Of a stretch of DNA of 21,284 nt, positions 9,695 through 20,962 are shown one piece after another. The position numbers and the translations under genes were made by a program. A model generated the notes under the pieces. The model was not told the DNA's origin. It saw only the letters and a program-made list of their open reading frames with translations, and made no database searches. The stretch comes from Lama guanicoe (Eukaryota), in the NCBI GenBank assembly GCA_013239625.1, contig MU053379.1, forward strand, positions 4,831,639 through 4,852,922. Reading direction: 5' to 3'. How positions within the stretch are numbered: position 1 is the stretch's first letter; each line of letters begins with the position of its first letter.

Positions 9695-10634
9695 GTCAGG
9701 GCATGCGGCCGCCGTGGGCCTTGGGGACGGGCTGCAGGCAGGGTGCGGCGGAGCGCCAGGGTGGGGCAGTGCAGAGAAACCAAGGCCTTGGGTGCCCCTC
9801 ACTCGGAATATCTGTGGAAGACGGAAGGACGGAGGTGGAGGCAAGGTCCAGGCCACAGGGGCTCTGGTCAGCGAGGACCCGTGGTCGCGGCCGTCGGGCG
9901 GGGCTGAGGGATTAAGGGTTGACAGTGCTGCCCACTTGGCGGGGACCCTGCTGTCCCCATGGCCACAGGGGAGAGTGTCTCCGGCAAAGCGAGCAGGTGA
10001 GGGAGGGCACGTGGTCCCAGGTCGCATGAGGCTGGGAGTGCATGTGTGGGGACAGCTGGGGACATGTTTGCTGCCATGAGTGGCTTCTTTGGTTTGCTGT
10101 TCCAGAAATAGCTGACCTGCTGGAAGAAGTAGTTGAAGTTGATGGTTTAAGGGCAGATGAGCCGAATTATCTCTGAGTCCTGTCTTCAGTCGACGGGAGG
10201 GCGGCCGGCCCCGGACCACACGCTCAGAGATCACACAGCAGCCCCGGGCAGGGAGGGGGAGATGCCGCTGGGTCTGAGCGGAGGTCACACGTGCACCCCA
10301 GCCTGGGGCGGTCCCTTCTCTGCAGGCTGGAGCCGGCTCTCCCAGGACATGGGGCGGGAGGGGGGCCGTCGGGAGGGAAGGGCCTCAGGAGGGCGGGAAA
10401 GGAGGTCTGTTTGTGGCTTTGATGTAGGTGGAGGGATGCGTCCCCCTCAGAGGACGCAGGGTCAGGGATGGGGGGCAGGCACGTGTGTCCAGGCCTTTCC
10501 CGAGGAGCCGGCGCGCTGCTGTCCGAGACGGTTACCCACCCAAGTGCTCTGGGCTGAAGAGGAAGGAGACCAGGCCGTGCTAGTGGAGGCTCAGCGGAGC
10601 CCGGGAGTCACCTCAGGGTGGACACCCAAGGGCA

Positions 10635-12900
10635 GGGGTTTTCATATTAAAAGTGGGTGTTTAGTTCCAACAAATGCTTTTTCTGTGTCATCACGGTGGC
10701 CTTTTGGGTCCCTTACTCTGTGGACGTGACCATTTCATTAACTGACTTTCATGCATCAGACAGTCTTTACATTTGGGGACGAACGCCCCGAGCCGGGGCG
10801 GAGGCCCCCCTAAGTACCGCTGGGCTCTCCGTGCTGGCGGCTTGGTGGGGGCTTTGGTTTCTGCGCACGAGGCTCTTGGTCTGCAGTCTTCCTCCCCCGT
10901 GTCTTTGTCTGGCTTTGGTGTCAGGGTGACCTGGCCCCCAGGCTGACCCGGGAAGCGGTTCCTCTTCTCTCCGCAAGACCCTGCATTGGTGTTTTCTCTT
11001 TTCGAGTGTGTGTCTGCTGTCACCGAGACTCCTCTGCGCCGGGCTCTTCTCTGCAGAAAGATCTTCACTTTCTGGTCAGACCTGGTTTCTTTGTTGTTGT
11101 GAAGAAAATCTTCAGGTTTTCCTTTCTTCTTGGCTCAGTTTTGTCATTTGTGTCACACTAGGAATTTGTTTTTTAGCGACGTCGCCCTAACTTGTCGGCA
11201 TAATGTCATTCATAACTTTCCGTTTAAGTCTTACTTTCTGTACAGTTGGTGACGTCTCCTCTTTCGTGCCTGATTTTGGTGAGTTGAGTTTTTCCATTTT
11301 TCCCTCGGTCAGTCTGGCCACAGGGTTATCAATTTTGTTCACCTCCTCAAGCCGCTGACCTCTGGTTCCTCTGACTTGCCTCTGGCTTTTCTGTTTTCCA
11401 CTTCAATAATTTGCACTCAGATATTTATGATTTTTTGCCTCTGTTTCCTATGGGATAAATTTGTTCTTTTTTAATCTAGTTTCTTTAGGTAGGACCTTAG
11501 TTCTCAGTTTGAGATTTTTTTTCTTCTGTAATGCATGTACTTAAAGCTATAACTTTCATAGCAGCACTATATATGACAGCCAAGACATGGAAACAACCTA
11601 AGTGTCCATCAACAGGTGACTCGATAAAGAAGCTGTGGTATGTTTATACAATGGAATACTACTCGGCCATAAAAAAGAATGAAATAATGCCATTTGCAGC
11701 AACATGGATGTTCCTAGAGAATGTCATTCTAAGTGAAGTAAGCCAGAAAGAGAAAGAAAAATACCACATGTTAGCACTCATGTGTGGAATCTTAAAAACA
11801 CAAAAAAAGGAGAAAGAGGACACTAATGAGCTCATCTACAAAACAGAAACAGACTTGCAGACACAGTAAACAATTTTATGGTTACCAGGGGAAAGGGGAT
11901 GGGAAGGGATAAATTAGGGAATTTCAGATTTACAAATATTAACCACTAAAAATAGATAAACAACAGATTTCTTCTGTAGAGCACAGGGAGCTACGTTCAA
12001 TATCTTGTAACAACCTTTAATGAAAAAGAGTATGAAAATGAATACACGTCTGTATGTGCAGGACTGGGACGTGGTGCCGTACCCCAGAAATTGACACATT
12101 GTAACTGACTGTACTTCAATTTAAAAAAACAGTAATAAAGCTACAGCTTTCAAACCCTGTTTTAACTGCATCCTGTAAATCGGATAGATTGTGCTTCATT
12201 TTCTAGTTAGCTCAGAATAGCTTCTAGCCTAGTTGTGATTTCTTTTTATACTAATGGGTTCTTCATAAAAGTGTTGTTTACCTTCCACACACTCAGGGAC
12301 TTCCCACATTCTGCCTGTCATTTACTCCCAGTTAAGCTTCACGTGGTTGAAGAGCGGAGTTTGTGTAATTCCTCTTCTCCCTGTGCTGAGATGCGAGGTG
12401 TGGCCTCACGTCCTTGCTCTGGGGATGTGCCTCGCGCCCGCGTGGGGGCACACGTGCTTGTCTCTGTGTGACGAGTCCGCTGAGCGTCTGTCGGGTCCCG
12501 CTGGCCGTGCCGTTCGCACTTCCTGTTCTTACTGCTTGTCTGCCTGGCTGTCCCATCCGTTCTGCGTGGTTTTGCTTCACAGACGTTGGGCTCTGCTGCT
12601 CGGTGCATGTACATTTGTAATTATCGTATCTTGCTGAAGTGCCGACCGGCTTATCACGGTGAAATGCCCCTCCTGGCGGCTGATAATACCGCTCGCCTTC
12701 GGGTCTGTTTTGTGTGACGTTGGCGCCGCTGCTCCGGCTGTCTAGTTACCACCGTTTGCATGAGGTAGCTTTTCCCACCTTTTAGCGTAGAGTTTGTTTC
12801 TGTGTCGGAATTTAAAGCGTGTCCGTGGATGGTTGACAATTTTGTCCAGCCGTTTCTCTGACTTGCCCACCTGCTGGCTGTGCCCCCAGAAGCCTCACAG
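10635..12900 (-). mobile_element. Ancient L1M ORF2 fragment, antisense, split by a younger L1 insertion (11558-12136)
   Basis: Motifs aaatgctttttctgtgtc, ggtcagtctggccacagggttatcaattttgtt, taaagctat..., tttaactgcatcc, ggtgcatgtacattt and ttatcacggtgaaatgcccctc follow the order of the recalled reverse-complemented L1M ORF2 on both sides of the insert. Ends are approximate. Confidence 0.8.
11558..12136 (+). mobile_element. 5'-truncated younger LINE-1 3' end (ORF2 C-terminus, 3' UTR, A-tail), camelid/cetartiodactyl type
   Basis: Encodes FIAALYMTAKTWKQPKCPSTGDSIKKLWYVYTMEYYSAIKKNEIMPFAATWMFLENVILSEVSQKEKEKYH. The 3' UTR ends gtaactgactgtacttcaatttaaaaaaac. Flanked by a TSD: aaagctataactttc (11543-11557) and aaagctacagctttc (12137-12151). 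Confidence 0.93.
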
Positions 12901-14829
12901 GGTGTTGTCTGAGATGCTAGGTGCATTTTCCCGCAGACGCAAGATACGGACAAAGAATATGTTCGGATGTCCACAGATGGCTCGGGGTTAGGTTAAGAAT
13001 TTCAATCGAATGAATTATCTTTCAATAATGTGACCTATGTCCACATCTGGAAATTACATTTACCTTTATGAAATAAGTATTTTGAGGGCGTGCTAAACAC
13101 TTAAAATTTCCACAGACAAATCCAGGAATACGACGTGAAATATAAACATGACTGGAGTCGTAGCATGCCACCTACCATTTTAATTTTCTGTGTCAAGGAA
13201 GACTCTCATTTAAAGGTGGGCTTACGGCATGTTTCTGGCCCAATAAAAATCAACGCCTTTATAGCTTCATCTTACATATGCCAGGAAAAGGCACTGGCGT
13301 GTGTAATTACAGCCAATCTGATTCGGAGAGACTCTGCAAGCTGAGAGACCCATCTGTCATAATAACACGAGGGGACCGTTTGTCGTATTTCTCCAAGACA
13401 CTTTCCGATAAGCAGAAGGGTGGGGGCATCGCACCAAATCTGTGCGCTCGGGAAACAAAAGCCTCTGAACTTTCTCCAGCTCGCGCCTCTCTGCTCTCTA
13501 GGCTGTGGCTTCTGAGCCCCTGCTCAGACCTGGGGAGAGGAGAGAGCTGTTATCTGTGGCCACGTCCGCAAAGAGAGTCGTCACCAGAGGGTGGGAACCT
13601 TCCTCCTGCGAGGCTGCACGCATTGTGATGGAACCGGCTCCGTGCGCTTGCAGGGAGCTGGGAGCCAGACACGCACACGGTGAAGGTGTTTCGGATGACA
13701 GTGAAAGGAAGGGTCCGGACCCGGGGAGCCCCTCCCAGGCCCGCCTTGGAGCAAATACCAGTAAACGTGGTGCTAACCCAAACGGCGGTTCCATAAATCC
13801 TCCCCAGGCTTAGCTGAAGGTTCACCCGTTTCAAGCGACACTCACGTGAACAAAACCCAGCCCCAAAAGGACCCTTTGGAGACGCAGCTTCTGCTCGATG
13901 TTCGTGAAACGGGTCTCCTCGCGGGCCGGCCGCTGACTTCTGTGTTCGGTGGCCTGCACGTGTACGGAAGGCCCCCTAACCTTGGCCGGCATGGACCACG
14001 ACGCTCTTCCACTCGGTGCATCGTAGCAGGAGCTCCAGTTTGTTAGAGGAAGCACCTCCTCTGAACTCCAGGCACTGGTGACGACACCCGGCTTTGGGGC
14101 CTCAGGGAGCATTGCCCTCATGCCGTGGTTCTTGTACTGTCTGTCCGTCCTGCTGCAGGAAAACAATAGCAGAATAAACGCAAAAATCCAAGGTGAGCCC
14201 AATTTTATGAGAGCCAATACTTTCCATTTTTCCCCCTCGCAAACCATCTCACAATGTTTGTTTAAAACAGAAGGAAATTCACAGGCAGTTTGGGTGCATC
14301 TTGGGCTCCGAGAGGCAGAAAGAAGCTGATGGGCTGGGGACCGGCTCCTGTGCGCTTGCGTGAAGCTTGACTTCTGTGACAAGAGGCACGAGGCTTGTGT
14401 GAGGACGTTCAGAGGGTCGAACCGATGGACAAGTAAGAGAGACTCTGTCTGTTCGGAGGGAGAGCCGGCACCTTGCCCTGTGGCCCGGGCAGCAGGGCAC
14501 AGCCGGTGCGCGTCCTCACCTGCAGGAGACGGACACCGAGGAGGAAGAAAGAGGCCTCACCGTCCAAGGTGCTGAGGGTCCCCGTCCGGGCTCACCCTCC
14601 ACGAGTGGCTGTCCCTGCTCCGCAGGGGGAGGAAGAGGGGTGGTCCTGCCTCGGCCGTCCCGGGGGTCGGGGCTGGCTGAGGGTCCCAGGAGGAAGGATG
14701 CTGGGAACCGCGTCATGTATGACGAGCCCATCGCTGGGGCAGCAGGAGAACTGCCTCTTCCAGCCGGAACATCAATCGTAGGAAGCTGTGCTTTCAGGGG
14801 TGATTTCTACAGGTCATCACCAGAGGAGG

Positions 14830-15848
14830 TAATGATGCGGCTGACAAGGGCTTAGCTTCCAGCACATGCAAACAGCGCACACAGCTTAATACCAAAAAAG
14901 CAAACCACCCAATCCAAAAAGGGCAGAAGACCCAAACAAGCAGTTCTCCAGTGAAGACATACAAATGATCAATAGGCCCATGAAAAAATGCTCAATATCA
15001 CTAATTATCAGAGAAATGCAAATCAAAACTACAATGAGGCATCACCTCACACTAGTCAGAATGGCCATCATTCAAAAATCCACAAATGACAAATGCTGGA
15101 GAGGCTGTGGAGAAAGGGGAACCCTCCTACACTGCTGGTAGGAATGCAGTTTGGTGCAGCCAGTGTGGAAAACAGTGTGGAGATTCCTCAAAACACTAGG
15201 AATAGACTTACCATATGACCCAGGAATCCCTCTCCTGGGCTTGTATCCAGAAGGAACCCTACTTCAGGATGACACCTGCACCCCAATGTTCATAGCAGCA
15301 CTATTTACAATAGCCAAGACATGGAAACAGCCTAAATGTCCATCAACAGATGACTGGATAAAGAAGAGGTGGTATATTTATACAATGGAATACTATTCAG
15401 CCATAAAAACCGACAACATAACACCATTTGCAGCAACATGGATGTGCCTGGAGAATGTCATTCTAAGTGAAGTAAGCCAGAAAGAGAAAGAAAAATATTA
15501 TATGAGATCACTCATATGTGGAATCTAAAAAAAATGACACAAATGAATTTATTTACAAAACAGAAACAGACTCACAGACATAGAGAACAAACTTATGGTT
15601 ACCAGGGAGGGGAAGGGGTGGGAAGGGATAAATTGGGAGTTTGAGATTTGCAGACACTGACTACTATATATAAAATAAACAAGGTCCTACTGTACAGAGC
15701 AAGGAACTATATTCCATACCTTGTAGTGATCTGTAACGGAAACGAACGTGTGTGTGCACGTATGGCAGAACTACTCTGCGTGCCCCAGACCTTGACACAA
15801 CATTGTGAGCTGACTCTCCTGCGATTAGAAAAGAAAGAAAGAAAGAAA
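14830..15848 (+). mobile_element. 5'-truncated younger LINE-1 3' end (~1 kb), non-functional
   Basis: ORF2 Cys-rich domain [18 protein letters not shown] has an in-frame TAG at 15139-15141. It continues [14 protein letters not shown]...YMRSLICGI* (stop at 15528), then a 3' UTR and an (GAAA)n tail at about 15826-15848. I saw no TSD. Confidence 0.93.
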
Positions 15849-16390
15849 CCTCAAGTCTGGGAAGGTGAGAGGCACCAGGGGATCCGTGGAGGTCTGTGCC
15901 GTCATCAAACGCGCAGAATACGTGAAGTCAGGGGACCGGCCTCGGGGCCGAAAGAAGCACATTTAGAAACAGAACATGTCGCTGGAATCGTAACCTCCCC
16001 TCAGAGGCCCCACAGAGGTCCACGCTGCCAACCACAGCTGCAAAGAGGCGGTGTGTCGGGGAGGCCGGGGTGGAGGCAAGGGTGAGATGGGGTGGGCCGT
16101 CTGGGCCTTGAGGTCAATTCCCAGAGGACGGTGTCCTCCCAGCACACCGTCCAGCGCCCTCCGGCCGGGCAGGGCGGAGTCTGGAGGCGTGTCCGTCAGC
16201 ACATTGTATGGGATTTTCCTCTCATGTTCTTCTTGAAAGTTGAGGTGAAATTAAGCCTTTATAGGCTTGTCCATTAGTGTCTCCTCTTCCAGTGCTTCTG
16301 GTTTTGTCCCTTTTGAAATACCGTCAGGCAGCAGATCACCCACCCAAAGAGGGTTCAGTAAAGGGCAGCCCTGCGGGCGCCCGTGAGCCG

Positions 16391-16800
16391 TGCCCTGCCC
16401 GCCCTGCCCCGTCCCCAGCACCCAGGCCTCCCCATCCAATGCCCTGCCCGCCCCCCCAATCCCCACCCCGTCCCCANNNNNNNNNNNNNNNNNNNNNNNN
16501 NNNNNNNNNNNNNNNNNNNNNNNNNNNNNNNNNNNNNNNNNNNNNNNNNNNNNNNNNNNNNNNNNNNNNNNNNNNNNNNNNNNNNNNNNNNNNNNNNNNN
16601 NNNNNNNNNNNNNNNNNNNNNNNNNNNNNNNNNNNNNNNNNNNNNNNNNNNNNNNNNNNNNNNNNNNNNNNNNNNNNNNNNNNNNNNNNNNNNNNNNNNN
16701 NNNNNNNNNNNNNNNNNNNNNNNNNNNNNNNNNNNNNNNNNNNNNNNNNNNNNNNNNNNNNNNNNNNNNNNNNNNCCAGCACCCGGGCCTCCCCATCCCG
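16391..16800. repeat. C-rich minisatellite flanking an assembly gap
   Basis: gtcccca recurs at 16411 and 16470 (59 bp apart). ccagcaccc(a/g)ggcctccccatcc occurs before the gap (16415) and after it (16776). Confidence 0.75.
16477..16775. other. Assembly gap (299 N)
   Basis: Run of N is seen directly. Confidence 0.99.
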
Positions 16801-17942
16801 GGCAGTTGCGCCACAGCTGGTGTTGCGCCTGGATGCTGCTCCTCCCCGTCAGCGTCCAGGACTCCATGCTGAGGCCGTGGTTTCTGTGTCGTGTGTTTAC
16901 TTGCGTGTTTTCCATTGTGTTGGACACGGGTGTCTGAGGTTGAGTTTCCCAGGAGCGGACAGTGTTGTGAGGGTTCATGACACGTGATTTACTGGGAAAT
17001 GCTCCCTGGGGGACCAGCCGGTCAGTGGGGGAGCAGGATGGGAGGGGCGTCCAGGAAGGAGAGGGCTCCGAGCCAGCGCAGAGGGGCCCCAGCCTGGCCA
17101 CGGGGGCCTGGAGCGTGGCCGGCGTCCCCGGCCTGGGGGCCGCTCCTTCCCCGGGCTGCGCTCAGTGGGTTTTAGCGTCCAGGATGACAGGCAGAGCGGG
17201 AGCTCCTGGCCCCGTCCGCAGGCTCAGCCAGAGTGGGCACCTGGCTGGCTTTGAGCTTATCAGTTTACCAGTGAACAGATAACGCTCCCAGAGGAGCCCT
17301 CCTGGGTCAGCGTCCTGCTCTTTTTAGCGGAAATGAGGCCAAATTCTACGTGAGCACCCGAGCGCCTGTAGAGCTTCCTCCGAAGCATTTTATGGGCCTC
17401 GACGCTGTTTAATGAGGTGCTTTAGAAAGTCACCCACGTCGAGTGCGCAGGGCCGACGTGGGAGCCAGCCTCCGGGGACACGGCGCCCGGTGGCTCCCGG
17501 CCTCCCGGGGGGGCCTTCTGGCACGACTGAAGTTGCCCCCAAGCAGCGTTCAGCAGTGTGGAAACAGGAGCGGACTGTGTTTTTCCCAAACCACGAAAAC
17601 AAAACAGACTCCCAGTAAGGAATGAGGAGAAGGCAGGATGTGAGGGACTCACCCCTGGCATTTCAGTCAAAACAGAGGCCCCAAGGCCGTTTTAACCGGG
17701 CAGGTCTGCTCTGTGACTGCCGGCCCGGAGAGACACAGCGATGGGGCCGACCCCCACCCCCGGCCGGGGCCCGCCTCCGCGGCGACCGTGTCCCCCGGCT
17801 CTTTTATGAAAGGCAGTGGTGCAGAGGCCGTGCTGCAAACCAGCCAGGCCAAAACTGCTGGGGGCAGCGTTGTCCTCACAGGCCTGCAGGTGACGTCACG
17901 TAAGAACCCCAGCCCACGAGCTTCACCAAATCCAGCTGTCCT

Positions 17943-18160
17943 TTTCTCTTCTTTAAGTGGAAGTGTAGTTGACTTACAACGTTACAGGAGTTCCAGGTGT
18001 ACACATAGTGATCCGGTATTTTTATACAGAACGAAATGATGACCACAGTGAGTTTTACCACCTGTCGCCAAAGTCATTACGATACTCCCGACTGCATCTG
18101 CTGCGCTGTCCACGGCACCCCCGTGATTTGTTTGTTTCACAACAAGAGTTTTGTGCCTTC
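17943..18160 (-). mobile_element. L1 3' UTR end (L1_Art/L1MA9-like), antisense
   Basis: gaagtgtagttgacttacaacgtt...ccaggtgtacacatagtgatccggtatttttatac...gaaatgatgaccacagtgag...cccccgtgatttgtttgtttcacaacaagagttttgtgcc matches a recalled laurasiatherian L1 3' terminus in reverse complement. Confidence 0.8.
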
Positions 18161-20962
18161 TAGGCAGCAAGTAAGTAGCAGGCAGACGCTGGGGTCGCTC
18201 CTGACGCAGGATGGGGGAGACCCCCCAGTGACTCCTCGGCCCGAAGTCTCTCCTGAGCCTGTGGCCACTGTGTGGGCAGGGCCTGGGCGTCTGCATGTCT
18301 GCCAGCCCCCAGCAAGGCCGACGCTGGGCCCTGAGCCCGCACCCCGAGCAGGGAGGACAGAGCGCCCCGCTGACCAGAAGTCCGGGCGGCTTCCAATCCG
18401 CTTCCCCTCAGCCTGACTGGGAACATTTTCTGTCTCTGGAGCTGGACTGCCCTTTGCAGCTCTGGGGGCCTGAGAACCGCCCTCCTTCCAAGCACGGCCC
18501 TCGGCCCTCACAGCCTGGCCCCCTCCCCAGGCCCCGCTCCTCCTGGAGGGACAGCAGCTGGCTCTGCTCACTCCCTGGCCCTTCCGGGTCTCCCAGGGGA
18601 TGAGTGGGGAGGTGGCCTCATGCAGAGGCGATCCGCCAGCGTGGGGCACACGGGGACGCCCTGCCCCCGTTCCAGATGCTTCACCGTGGCGTCTCGGCTC
18701 CGAGGCTGGTCAGCTCTGCCCGCACCTGGGCCATCTGGAGACACCTGCCTCTCTCCAGCCAGGCTCTGCCCTCACCTCTCACGCTGCCTGTGGGGGAAGA
18801 CGTTGGCCTGAGACCCTCTAAACACGTCTTCTTCGTCTAAGCGTGTCTGGCGTCCCATCCAGGTGCACGGAGGAAACGGGCGGAGTCCTGGCCCCATGGC
18901 TGCTGGAGCCTCAGCGGCGTCCTGGCCTCGGGCCATGGTCTGGAGGGAGGCGTGAACTCCTGTCGGGGCACCGCCCTGTCCTTTGTCAGCAGGTCGGCCG
19001 CCGTGTCCCAGCTGGACCGGTGCCCACGTCACGGCCCCATCTGGAGCCCACCTGGCGGGCAGGACGTCAGTGTCTGGAGACGGGGAGCCAGGGAAGGATG
19101 GCGTGGGCTCGGAGATGAGCTTGGAAGGAGCAGGGGGGAGACCGCTGGCCGAGCGTCTCTTCCAGAAGGTTCGTGGCTCATAAACGTGCTCACTTGAACA
19201 GGTGGTGGCAGTGAGCCCGCTGGTCACTCAGCTCCTCAGGGACGTTGAGTCACCCAGCCCAGCACGCAGCAAAGCGCGGTTCCCTGAGGCGGCACGAGTG
19301 CGCAGCTCACCCCGACACCCTGGGGTGTCGCCGCCCCCTCGGTGCCACCCGCGTGGGCTCAGGCCCACGGGGACTCTCCGTGCCGTCAGCACACGAGCTG
19401 CGTGCCTGCGGCGTGCTGCCCTGGGTGCCGGGCGCCGAGCCCGGGAGGCGGAGCGTGGCTGAAGAGCCAGGGCCAGCATCTTGGCTGGGCTGTGTCAGTC
19501 GCTCTGTGGGCGGTGGTGGCGCCCTGGCCGACGCAGGCGTGGGCACCATGGGTGGAGGGCGCTGGCCTTGATCCCCAGTGTCCTGGTGGGCCTGTCTGCG
19601 TCGCGGGGCTCGGGTGCCGTGCTGGGTTCCGGTCCTGCTCCACCAGCGGCTCACTGGGCCCGTGATGCAGCGTCTCCCAGCCAGTCCCAGGGAAGCCAGG
19701 ATGGGGCTGGGGAGCCCCCACCTGTCAGCACGTCTGCGCCTTCGTGAGAAGTGTCATTACCAAATCACCCTGCTCGCTGTAGGAAAATCTAAAACTCACA
19801 AATGTAAGAAAAAAAATCACTGAGAAGCCTGCCATCCAGAAGCGTCTCAATGTCCGGCATTCTGGAGGAAGCCTGAGTTCTCCCACTTCCTGCCCCGGCT
19901 GGTACCTCGGCTGTCACAAGCGTCCTTCCGGGGCGACAAGCAGCATTTGCACCATCAGGTTCCGTGACCACGCGGACTCCTTTCACGCTCCTCTCAGACT
20001 GCGCTGCTGGGAGCAGTGCCGTCAGGAGCACTCTGCAGGCTGTGCTCCTGCAAGGGGACCCCTCGCAGGAAACCCCAGTTCCGCGTCCATCCTGGTCTCT
20101 GGGCCCCCCTCCGCCCTGGAGCCTCACGGAGATGCTCCCCAGAATCAGCGAGTGGAGGCGGCCGGGGGCAAGAGGGAGTTGGGGCCAGAAGAGCTGGAGG
20201 GCTGGTGACGCCTGGAGAGAGGGCAGGTGACAAGGTCGACCCCGCATTCCTGCAGCCTCGCTGAGGGCTCCCGCCTGGTCTTCCCGAGGAAGAGACCCCG
20301 GGGACGAGAGCCAGCTGTCTGGGGTTGGGGGGCGGTCGTGGCCCTGGGGGCGAGCAGCCCTGCCCGGCTCTGCCCCTCGTAGGGCCTGTTCCTCCAGCTG
20401 TGAACTGTAAACGCCTCTGGACCGCCTGCCTCCGCCCTGCGGACGTCCTCACCCGCTGACCCACGAAGGGGGAAGACGCGGAGCCGAGCTGGCTTCATCT
20501 GCCCTGTAATTTATCTGAAATTTTAAAATCTATTTTAATCAAAATTGACTCGTTATCTTGGTGCCTCGTGGCCACACCTTTGCCATTTACAGATGTGGTT
20601 CCCCTCCACCACTAAATAAAACCTGCGAAGATCTGGGGACAGCCTTTGCCTCCCAGGCATGGTGGTGTCACTTGACGCCCAGCCATCCCTGTGTGGTCTG
20701 TGGTCACTACTCACACCACACTGCTCTTTGGTTGGAAACCTTGCCACTGACCACTCTGGCCACCGGCCTCCCCGTGGCCACCATGACACAGACAAGTCAG
20801 GGAGCCGTCGTCAGGTTCCCAGGCTGGGGTGGGGTGTGCGGTGCAGAAAGGACGTCCCGTCTCCGGACAAGAAGCACCTGAGGCCAGTGGGGCTGGTGTG
20901 CGGCTGGACTCGGTGGCACGCACGCACGTGGCAAGGGGTCTGGAGCCCAGGACCCTCAAGGG

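Noticed and set aside
9095..9907. 270-aa ORF as a complete single-exon protein
   Set aside because: It starts in the polypyrimidine tract and runs past the splice donor. Only 9215-9694 resembles SYNDIG1.
8294..10288. 664-aa minus-strand ORF
   Set aside because: It is the antisense shadow of the high-GC3 SYNDIG1 exon plus the VNTR and stop-poor GC-rich flanks. No domain is recognisable.
15151..15528. L1 ORF2 C-terminal ORF as a domesticated gene
   Set aside because: It is a 5'-truncated copy with an in-frame stop in the Cys-rich motif just upstream. This is an ordinary L1 relic, as is the 11531-11869 ORF.
16251..17101. ORFs spanning the N run
   Set aside because: Artefacts of translating Ns as X.
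880..20935. Frequent CACGTG E-boxes across the window
   Set aside because: Expected from the high CpG content and TG/CA tracts, with no convincing clustering outside low-complexity sequence.
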